Positions 50,341-58,471 of a stretch of DNA of 64,000 nucleotides are shown piece after piece. Both the position numbers and the translations under genes were made by a program. Position 1 is the stretch's first letter. Each line of letters starts with the position of its first letter. Source of the stretch: Fidelibacterota bacterium (GTDB taxonomy: Bacteria; Fidelibacterota; Marinisomatia; Marinisomatales; JABMOV01); contig JBHHUC010000003.1 in assembly GCA_046861395.1 (NCBI GenBank), positions 1-64,000 on the forward strand, written 5' to 3'. Under the pieces are notes generated by a model that saw only the letters and a list, made by a program, of their open reading frames with translations, was not told the DNA's origin and ran no database searches.

Positions 50341-52842
50341 TTATTGCAGCAATACCATCCGTTTGGACAGGCTGTTGCCATTGAAATTCAGGGTGTAGAT
50401 ATAAATACCCGAAGCCAACCGGGAGCCGGAGTCATCACGTCCGTCAAAGGTGATTTCATGATAACCGCCATTCAGGCGGGACTGTACCAGCGTGCGCACT
50501 ACCTGACCCGTAAGAGAATAAATCTGCAGGTATACGGAAGACGCATACGGCAGAGTGAACCGGATTGTGGTTGTCGGATTGAAAGGATTTGGGTAGTTCT
50601 GGTGGAGTGAGAAATCATATGGAATGGCAATGTCCGGATCATTGTTCAGAGTATACGTATCAATGACCTGCAGATCGTCGATATATAGTTGACCTGAGGG
50701 GGGATTTCCCACCTGGTATGATAACTGAAAACTGTCAAAATGCAGGGTGCCATCTAACGTACCGTCCCCTAACCATTCACCGGTACCGTCGGTTGCCATA
50801 TTCCATGCAACACGTCGCCAACCAATCCAATCGATGGTGAACCAAGGACTTACCTCATGGTTTTCGGCAGCCAGCACAGGATAGTTATCATCCACGCAAA
50901 ACCGGAATAATGTTCCATTCCCATCGCCAAATATATAGGTCTGCAAAGTGCGATTACTGGAGAATGTTTTGGCATAAGGCTCTCCCCCACTGAGATATTC
51001 CCGTATCAGCCAGTCTGTGGCGTCAACGTTCCAGCCATAATTCAGTCGCATGGACCGTTGACTTCCCGACAAATAATTGATGATTATGGTATCTGATCCC
51101 AATCCCGTCTGTTCGGGAATCGTTCCCGTGGTACTCCCGCTTTGTGCCGGATCCCACCAATTGGATAATACTGCCGATTCAAAATCATCTATATTGTTAA
51201 CTATCCAGTCCGTATCCCCCGTCTGAAAACTATAACTGCGCCAGTTGGCCTCTGTATTCCCGAACGCATCGTATAATCCGGGAGCAATGCGTAAAACGTA
51301 TACCTCCTGCGGTAGCAAGTCTTCCAGGGGAAACAGATTCACAACACTCCGGGTGCCAATCGTATAATATTGCAGATTAGTAGGAACATTGGTAGAGGAA
51401 TTGAAATTTTCCAGATGAATAACCTGATCCAGAGTATCAGGATTGCCCAGTATTTCATCAAATTCAACGGCCGGAATCAAAGAGAGTTCGATATGATTCC
51501 CATAAGCTGGTGGAAAAACGGATACAATTTGTGGTGGTGCAATATCACTGGCACTGCTGCGATAATGCAGAATAAAGTCTCCCCCGGGCTGTCCATCACC
51601 ATCACCATCCAATTGATGTCCATATACATCGGTTGCCACATCCTGGATAGTGAGGATCATATCCTGTTCAAACAGGCTTGAATCGGGAAAAATATTCAGT
51701 GTTTTATGATTATTCATCCATCCGATATAAAAGGGAATTTCCGGTGTAAAGGAAATCAGTGTATCGAAACCGGGATGGAACATGGAACGGGAAAAATCGA
51801 CCCGTATGGGATCCCAGGCCGGATAGCCCTGAAAACCTTCTTCCGGTGTTGTGGTAATCACCTGAGGGGGAGCCGAGGATAGCAACTCAATATCATGGAA
51901 GGTGAAAAACTCCGGTTGAATGGTAACCAACAAGGTATCATTGTAATAATTATCGGCGCTGACAATCAGGCTCAATGTCGTGTCGGGCAGGTTTTCAATG
52001 AAGTAGAACCCGTTTCTTAATTCGTCCGGATTGTTTGAATATTGATGGAACAGGGATGCGTATGAATCAGTAGTATAAACCTGACTGTCAATCTCAACCG
52101 TTGCATTATTGATTGGTTCACCACTTTCCAGATCACGAATTATACCGGTACAGATCCCAACCGGAGGCCGGGTTATGTTATGATAATCAAGAATTGACCA
52201 GTAAAACGTATAGGCCAGTAACCGTTTATATTCTTCATTCATATCCAATTGATTCTGAGTCGGATTGGTATGATGCCCCTCTTCGCTCAGTTCGGAAGGC
52301 ATATTGGTATTACGATTGACATAAAGGTAGGGGCCGCCTGAGGATTGACAATAGGAACTATAGGAATAAAAACTGCAATCACCCCACGACCCGATGGTAG
52401 GAATCCTCATTCCTTGGGTCAGAAGGTCGATCATGATCGCGCTCATGTCTTCACCACCCACAGGAGGGTCAGGTTGACCATTGTATAATTGACCCCACAG
52501 CAATAAAGTATTATTATGGTCCGGAGCCCCGGCATTGCTATGTATTGAATGATACCAGGCCGCACCCAGCGAATTGGCGTAGTTGGTTCGCTGGTATAAG
52601 GAAACATTCTGCTGGTCATTGGTTCGGGATAAATACACCGTATCAATATCAGTCTGCGACATGAGAATGTTTTTCAAATGCAGGGCTACCCGTAAAACTT
52701 CCTCCGCCTCCGAATATCCGTTTACACCCATGTTTTGCGTCTGACTATGTCCCGGATCAACGAAAATGTTCCACCCGGCCAGGCCCGTGACCTGCGGGAA
52801 TGATACACCCATGAATAAAACGAGTAATCCATATATTTTCAT
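50341..52842 (-). CDS. Secreted N-acetylmuramoyl-L-alanine amidase (Amidase_3) with Ig-like domains and sorting CTD
   Basis: FVDPGH, EAE, LSRT, SLYQRTNYAN, SIHSNA, LSE zinc-ligand motifs; QNYPNPFNP CTD. Confidence 0.88.
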   Translation of the reverse strand: MKIYGLLVLFMGVSFPQVTGLAGWNIFVDPGHSQTQNMGVNGYSEAEEVLRVALHLKNILMSQTDIDTVYLSRTNDQQNVSLYQRTNYANSLGAAWYHSIHSNAGAPDHNNTLLLWGQLYNGQPDPPVGGEDMSAIMIDLLTQGMRIPTIGSWGDCSFYSYSSYCQSSGGPYLYVNRNTNMPSELSEEGHHTNPTQNQLDMNEEYKRLLAYTFYWSILDYHNITRPPVGICTGIIRDLESGEPINNATVEIDSQVYTTDSYASLFHQYSNNPDELRNGFYFIENLPDTTLSLIVSADNYYNDTLLVTIQPEFFTFHDIELLSSAPPQVITTTPEEGFQGYPAWDPIRVDFSRSMFHPGFDTLISFTPEIPFYIGWMNNHKTLNIFPDSSLFEQDMILTIQDVATDVYGHQLDGDGDGQPGGDFILHYRSSASDIAPPQIVSVFPPAYGNHIELSLIPAVEFDEILGNPDTLDQVIHLENFNSSTNVPTNLQYYTIGTRSVVNLFPLEDLLPQEVYVLRIAPGLYDAFGNTEANWRSYSFQTGDTDWIVNNIDDFESAVLSNWWDPAQSGSTTGTIPEQTGLGSDTIIINYLSGSQRSMRLNYGWNVDATDWLIREYLSGGEPYAKTFSSNRTLQTYIFGDGNGTLFRFCVDDNYPVLAAENHEVSPWFTIDWIGWRRVAWNMATDGTGEWLGDGTLDGTLHFDSFQLSYQVGNPPSGQLYIDDLQVIDTYTLNNDPDIAIPYDFSLHQNYPNPFNPTTTIRFTLPYASSVYLQIYSLTGQVVRTLVQSRLNGGYHEITFDGRDDSGSRLASGIYIYTLNFNGNSLSKRMVLLQ

Positions 52843-53774
52843 CGGTTTACTCGAATTTCGTATAACTTGGTGTCATCATTGTCAAAGATGATGGATGTCC
52901 CATCCGGTTGCCAGGTCGGCCGCATTGCTAATTCCTGAAATCCATCGGTTATATTTTGTAAACCGGTTCCATCCACTCGAACAATGTATATGTCCGATGA
53001 CAGGATTTGATAACCATCGTCCGTTGTTTTCATAAAGGCCAGTTGTTTGCCGTCTGGTGACCAGACCGGATTATTTCCGGCGCCAATATCAATGATCTTC
53101 TGTGTCCGGATATTGAGAATAAACAGATTCCCACCGTATTCTTCGAATGCCAAATGCACACGATCCGGACCGACGGCAATTGTCAAAATGGGATATGGTC
53201 GATCCGTGACGGTTGTCCGACTCCCCAGTGAGGGGTCAATCTTTTCAATGCGTGTTCCCATAGCCCGGTAATACGGTTGGGAAATGATTGCCGGGTTTTC
53301 CCTGACCGTAATGGGTTCACCATCATATCCCTGCAATAGAATGGCATTGGGGGCAATCCACTGCGGCTTCCCAGGAAGATTCTCCCTGTCGGAAATGAGA
53401 TAGTGGTTTTGATTCGTTTTAATATGATAGACTACCAGGGAATTATACCGGCGATTCTGAAAAAATATTGCCGGTTTATAAACAATATCATCACCGGTTG
53501 GTGACCAGGCATAGCCAAATCCGGCCGCCTTGGCCGATGTAATTTCCTCAACCTTTTTTGTTCCCATCCTCCAGATATAAAGCCCGGAATAACCGGGTGT
53601 CGTAAAGGCAATAACTGGCCGTGTCGGAGAAGGCCTGGCGGCGATAATTCCATTTTTATACTGAAATAGTAATTCCGGTTGTTGACTTAACCCCGGTTGG
53701 ATGAAGCCACCAAGAATAAGCATCGCCAAAATGCAGACTGGTTGTTTCAATGTTGTAATATACCGTTTGAACAT
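52839..53774 (-). CDS. TolB-like beta-propeller (PD40 repeat) protein
   Basis: AWSPTG, PVWSPDGKQLAF, DIYIVRVDGTGLQNIT, PTWQPDG. Confidence 0.82.
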   Translation of the reverse strand: MFKRYITTLKQPVCILAMLILGGFIQPGLSQQPELLFQYKNGIIAARPSPTRPVIAFTTPGYSGLYIWRMGTKKVEEITSAKAAGFGYAWSPTGDDIVYKPAIFFQNRRYNSLVVYHIKTNQNHYLISDRENLPGKPQWIAPNAILLQGYDGEPITVRENPAIISQPYYRAMGTRIEKIDPSLGSRTTVTDRPYPILTIAVGPDRVHLAFEEYGGNLFILNIRTQKIIDIGAGNNPVWSPDGKQLAFMKTTDDGYQILSSDIYIVRVDGTGLQNITDGFQELAMRPTWQPDGTSIIFDNDDTKLYEIRVNR

Positions 53775-53820
53775 TAGATGGAAGTTAGCGGCGGAAGGGT
53801 GCCGTTGAATACAAAAGGGT

Positions 53821-53854
53821 AAAAAAAAGAGCCCGCAAAATAACGGGCTCTTTT
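53821..53854 (-). terminator. Rho-independent terminator (potentially bidirectional)
   Basis: AAAAGAGCCCG-caaaataa-CGGGCTCTTTT; long U tract on the minus strand just after the stop at 53874. Confidence 0.88.
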
Positions 53855-53873
53855 AGATCCAACTGAGTTGGGA

Positions 53874-56222
53874 TTATTTTACCAGAAGCATTCGCTTGGT
53901 AACCATACTCTGACCATTGGTTAAGGTATAGATATACATACCACTGGCCAATCCATTGGCATTGAATTGAACCACATGGTGTCCAACCGGCATAACACCG
54001 TTAACCAATGTTGCAACTTCACGACCCATTACATTATAGACAACCAGTTTAACCTTATCGGACGTGTAAAGTTCGAATTCAATATTCGTGGTCGGATTGA
54101 ATGGGTTGGGATAGTTCTGGTACAGGTTGAAGGCTGACGGAACAACGGCAATATTATCATCCGTTGAGAGGGCAGCGGTAAATTTCAACACCCGGCTACC
54201 ATCGAAATCACAGACATAAGCCGTATTACCATCCGCTGAGAATGTAATCCCGCGAGGCGCACGAATCGTATCACCCTGGGCAACCGCCGAAGAATTAAAC
54301 GATACTCCGTATGGCTGACCTGTTCCAATGGAACCCACCAATTGATGGTTGGCACCCGGATCAATTTCATAATATCCGGTGAAATCACCTTCCGCTACAT
54401 CCCAGTACGTTCCTACCCATATGGTACTGTCCGGACCCCAGTCCAGAATCTGTCCCCACATGACTTCCTTGTACAGAATGTCTTCCACTAACCAAGTCCC
54501 TTCCGGATCCGTACCAACATAATGGAATACTCCATTATTGTGCGTGCCGCCGTAAATCCGACCATGGTAAATCTCGGTGCCGGCATTGTTCACGATTAAG
54601 GTCCGGCTGATCGCATTGTTCTCACCATCAAATAGTGTATTGACCAGTCCACTCCAATCAACGGCTGCACCTGTATAATCATTCGGTAAATCCAGTGATG
54701 CATCAAATACCCAAATCGGGTTACCGCTGGGAACGACCATCGTAATGAACATATAGCCATCCGGAGTGGTCGCCGCTTCTGTTAATGAACCCGGAAAATC
54801 ATATAAGGCTCCAATGCCTTCTCCCGTCTGATAGTTGATCTGCCAGACATCGTTGTAGGCCGAATACAGAACATTTCCATTGTGATCCAAGGAAATACCC
54901 CGGCATCCGTTCCACATTGTATCTACACGACCATCCGACCAACTAATGGTTCGAATCGGTGAAAATGAGGCCTGTGTACCATCCGGTTCATATACGTAAA
55001 TCGGCTTGATCGGGATTGTGTCATTCGGTAAACCTAAGGTGTCCGAATAGGCATAGTAACCTACCCAAATACGCCCGTTGGCATCTACCACAGCCGCGTG
55101 CGGCTGTTTACCAACCACAAAATCACTGTCATAGGTCCAACCTGCGAACGAAGGATCATCCTGATAAGGCGGAACCGTGGTGGTGGTGGCATCATAGGTA
55201 AATTTCAACACCCGGCTACCATCGAAATCACAGACATAAGCCGTATTACCATCCGCTGAGAATGTAATCCCGCGAGGCGCACGAATCGTATCACCCTGGG
55301 CAACCGCCGAAGAATTAAACGATACTCCGTATGGCTGACCTGTTCCAATGGAACCCACCAATTGATGGTTGGCACCCGGATCAATTTCATAATATCCGGT
55401 GAAATCACCTTCCGCTACATCCCAGTACGTTCCTACCCATATGGTACTGTCCGGACCCCAGTCCAGAATCTGTCCCCACATGACTTCCTTGTACAGAATG
55501 TCTTCCACTAACCAAGTCCCTTCCGGATCCGTACCAACATAATGGAATACTCCATTATTGTGCGTGCCGCCGTAAATCCGACCATGGTAAATCTCGGTGC
55601 CGGCATTGTTCACGATTAAGGTCCGGCTGATCGCATTGTTCTCACCATCAAATAGTGTATTGACCAGTCCACTCCAATCAACGGCTGCACCTGTATAATC
55701 ATTCGGTAAATCCAGTGATGCATCAAATACCCAAATCGGGTTACCGCTGGGAACGACCATCGTAATGAACATATAGCCATCCGGAGTGGTCGCCGCTTCT
55801 GTTAATGAACCCGGAAAATCATATAAGGCTCCAATGCCTTCTCCCGTCTGATAGTTGATCTGCCAGACATCGTTGTAGGCCGAATACAGAACATTTCCAT
55901 TGTGATCCAAGGAAATACCCCGGCATCCGTTCCACATTGTATCTACACGACCATCCGACCAACTAATGGTTCGAATCGGTGAAAATGAGGCCTGTGTACC
56001 ATCCGGTTCATATACGTAAATCGGCTTGATCGGGATTGTGTCATTCGGTAAACCTAAGGTGTCCGAATAGGCATAGTAACCTACCCAAATACGCCCGTTG
56101 GCATCTACCACAGCCGCGTGCGGCTGTTTACCAACCACAAAATCACTGTCATAGGTCCAGTCAGCAAACAATGCAGTTGATAGAATCAGGGCTAAAAACG
56201 ATATTGTTAGCATTCTCTTCAT
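53874..56222 (-). CDS. Secreted protein with two identical beta-propeller-like domains and sorting CTD
   Basis: Signal peptide, NHL-like APRGITFSADGNTAYVCDF twice, QNYPNPFNPTT...SGMYIY...KRMLLVK. Confidence 0.82.
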   Translation of the reverse strand: MKRMLTISFLALILSTALFADWTYDSDFVVGKQPHAAVVDANGRIWVGYYAYSDTLGLPNDTIPIKPIYVYEPDGTQASFSPIRTISWSDGRVDTMWNGCRGISLDHNGNVLYSAYNDVWQINYQTGEGIGALYDFPGSLTEAATTPDGYMFITMVVPSGNPIWVFDASLDLPNDYTGAAVDWSGLVNTLFDGENNAISRTLIVNNAGTEIYHGRIYGGTHNNGVFHYVGTDPEGTWLVEDILYKEVMWGQILDWGPDSTIWVGTYWDVAEGDFTGYYEIDPGANHQLVGSIGTGQPYGVSFNSSAVAQGDTIRAPRGITFSADGNTAYVCDFDGSRVLKFTYDATTTTVPPYQDDPSFAGWTYDSDFVVGKQPHAAVVDANGRIWVGYYAYSDTLGLPNDTIPIKPIYVYEPDGTQASFSPIRTISWSDGRVDTMWNGCRGISLDHNGNVLYSAYNDVWQINYQTGEGIGALYDFPGSLTEAATTPDGYMFITMVVPSGNPIWVFDASLDLPNDYTGAAVDWSGLVNTLFDGENNAISRTLIVNNAGTEIYHGRIYGGTHNNGVFHYVGTDPEGTWLVEDILYKEVMWGQILDWGPDSTIWVGTYWDVAEGDFTGYYEIDPGANHQLVGSIGTGQPYGVSFNSSAVAQGDTIRAPRGITFSADGNTAYVCDFDGSRVLKFTAALSTDDNIAVVPSAFNLYQNYPNPFNPTTNIEFELYTSDKVKLVVYNVMGREVATLVNGVMPVGHHVVQFNANGLASGMYIYTLTNGQSMVTKRMLLVK
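54177..56159. repeat. Direct repeat of 963 bp (54177-55139 and 55197-56159), period 1020 bp, unique 57-bp spacer
   Basis: Line-by-line comparison at offset 1020 showed no mismatch. Confidence 0.95.
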
Positions 56223-56283
56223 TGCAACTCCCTGCGTTAGTTTGGTTTTAAGATGAATAGCATTATGAAATATTTATCGTTGC

Positions 56284-56312
56284 AAGGTAACACTAAATCG
56301 AAATATTTTCAA
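56284..56312 (-). promoter_or_regulatory. Candidate promoter for the duplicated-propeller gene
   Basis: Minus strand TTGAAA-17 nt-TACCTT; GGGAG RBS before ATG 56222. Confidence 0.35.
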
Positions 56313-56335
56313 TTGATTTATGCTCCTTATGCTCC

Positions 56336-58468
56336 CTATCGAATAATTATGAATTTTCTGTATGTCGAATCCCCTTTGCGGTACAGCAATTCATCAGTCA
56401 CGGGGTCAATAATATCCTCCAGTACCTCAAAATATGCAATATATAACCCGGATGTGATGACCTGACGGTATTTTGTGACTGAATTCCACTCCTGATCGCC
56501 ACTGCCATCCCGATGGTTAATTTCATGAATAAGATCGCCCCGTTCAGTATAAATCTTAATGCGACATTTCCCCGGAATATCGTAAAACATGATCTTATCC
56601 GGTTGTCCCGGGAATTGCCGGGCTGTGTTGGCAATATGGTAGGGATTGGGAACAACACGAATTTGATCCAGGCCGCTTCCCTGCTGGCGCTTTAAAAAGG
56701 CCGCCCGGTTGGTTTTCGTATAGAACCGGCTGCTACGTAGCGGACCAGTCGGGTTAGCAATTCCTGTCGTATTCCTACTGCCATCGGAAACAGAACAAAC
56801 ATAATAATAATAGGAAAACCCCCGAATGGCCGTAACATCTTCAAATTCATAGATTCCCGCCGGACCGGAATAAATCATATCAAAAGTCGTATCCGGTTTG
56901 CCGACTGCCCGGTAAACTTCATAGCCGGCGAAATTTGATTCAGTTTCTGATAGACTGGCCAGCCAGCTCAGAAAAATCCGGTCCCCACCTGAATTCACAT
57001 TAAATACCGGTGGCGGCAAAGGAGGCTGAGGAGTGGCGAAACCGCTGTCATAATTCCGTTTTGCCCGACTGAACGTCAGCAGCAGGGAATCTTTTCCGGT
57101 ATAAACCCAGGAATTCTTATACACATCCTTATCGGTGGTCGTTGTACCATCCGGCAGGTCAAACGGACCGGCATCATTGCTGTTTTCATAGGCAATTTTA
57201 TAGCGTTCACCAATCAATTCGCACATTTCCCGGGACAGACCGTTGATCCCCTCCGCTTCAACAATGGTAACCGATTCTCCGTGCGCCAGGTTGAACGGTC
57301 CATAGGTAATCATGACATTGGTTCCGCCTTCGTCATTGTGGACGGTTGACGGGTCAACCAGATTGGTTGTTGAATAGGCCCCTTCCAGCTCATCCATGCG
57401 CGTATTACCGCCCTTATCCGCTCCCCCATAGGGATTCCCGGCCAGCATGGAAGCCAACCGTTGCATATTCTGTTCATCCGAAGGTTGCAGATTCCCCACG
57501 CTGGGATAGGTATCTCCGGCATGCCAGCCCAGAAATACCGGCTGGTCCGGATTATCGGTGGAATCATGGGGAGACATATCCACATGAAGGACCACCGATC
57601 CGACATGATGAGGTGATGTCAACCGGCCTTTCCCTGTAAGCTTGGGGGCACCGATATTGTCAAAAGAATTATTGGCATTTTGTCCCAGCCAACTGAACCC
57701 GCAGCGTAACCAGTCAACAATGCCATCCGCTTCCGTCAGCGGATCCGTGGCATGCAAAGCATAATCTTCTCCTCGCTTGGTGACCCACATATGTTTTCCC
57801 CAGGAAGCTGATCCTCCGACATACCATGATGCTTCCCGGCTCCCGCTGTACCGTGTTCCCCAGCCAATACGTACATTCCGTAAACTATCCGTCAATTCAA
57901 TCTCATCATCACTGTCGGTATTCCCCGTGTTGGTAAAGGTAAAAACCTTTATGAAATAATTATCATGATATTCCTGGGAGAAAGCATAAATCGTCCGGTT
58001 CATGGTCAATCCCATGGCTGTATTCACGATATTGACAATTTTCCTGTCTGCCGGCAGGTCGGTATCATATTCATCGATATCACCAAGATAGGGGGCAGAA
58101 AGATTGACACCATCGACATAAACCGCCGGCGGTTCGAATTTTGCGATCTGTTTCATTTCCATGGGAAAAATGCCGGTACCAACATAGCTCAGTGCGAAAT
58201 ACAAACCGTAGGCATTCCAGAACTGGTTTTTATCGTCGGTAAACGATTCACAGGTCAACCAGGAACGCTTGATGACGGCATTATCCTGAAAGGGATAATC
58301 CGCCGGCCAGCGCAAACCTTCATAATAGGAAGTATTCCAGGCCCGTTCCGAACCCCAGGCTGAAAAGTGGGATTGCAGAGACCCGATGCGAATATAGCGT
58401 TTTTCCGTTTCGTTTACCTGGGCCAGACTGAATCCCAGGAAGAGGATGAGAAAAATTTGTTTTTTCAT
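56336..58468 (-). CDS. Secreted protein with FN3 domain and VVPNPY-type C-terminal domain
   Basis: Signal peptide, YGPFNLAHGES, IFLSW...FAGYEVYRA...YYYYV FN3, IRVVPNPY...IKIYTERGDLI...SGLY...KFIIIR. Confidence 0.8.
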   Translation of the reverse strand: MKKQIFLILFLGFSLAQVNETEKRYIRIGSLQSHFSAWGSERAWNTSYYEGLRWPADYPFQDNAVIKRSWLTCESFTDDKNQFWNAYGLYFALSYVGTGIFPMEMKQIAKFEPPAVYVDGVNLSAPYLGDIDEYDTDLPADRKIVNIVNTAMGLTMNRTIYAFSQEYHDNYFIKVFTFTNTGNTDSDDEIELTDSLRNVRIGWGTRYSGSREASWYVGGSASWGKHMWVTKRGEDYALHATDPLTEADGIVDWLRCGFSWLGQNANNSFDNIGAPKLTGKGRLTSPHHVGSVVLHVDMSPHDSTDNPDQPVFLGWHAGDTYPSVGNLQPSDEQNMQRLASMLAGNPYGGADKGGNTRMDELEGAYSTTNLVDPSTVHNDEGGTNVMITYGPFNLAHGESVTIVEAEGINGLSREMCELIGERYKIAYENSNDAGPFDLPDGTTTTDKDVYKNSWVYTGKDSLLLTFSRAKRNYDSGFATPQPPLPPPVFNVNSGGDRIFLSWLASLSETESNFAGYEVYRAVGKPDTTFDMIYSGPAGIYEFEDVTAIRGFSYYYYVCSVSDGSRNTTGIANPTGPLRSSRFYTKTNRAAFLKRQQGSGLDQIRVVPNPYHIANTARQFPGQPDKIMFYDIPGKCRIKIYTERGDLIHEINHRDGSGDQEWNSVTKYRQVITSGLYIAYFEVLEDIIDPVTDELLYRKGDSTYRKFIIIR

Positions 58469-58471
58469 AAA

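Noticed and set aside
54177..56159. DGR template/variable repeat or IS-derived repeat
   Set aside because: No adenine-specific mismatches, no reverse transcriptase or transposase; both copies are in frame in one gene
56267..56336. Two GAAATATTT copies 33 bp apart and a TATGCTCC tandem
   Set aside because: Short motifs in AT-rich DNA, no regulator in the window; cannot be told from chance
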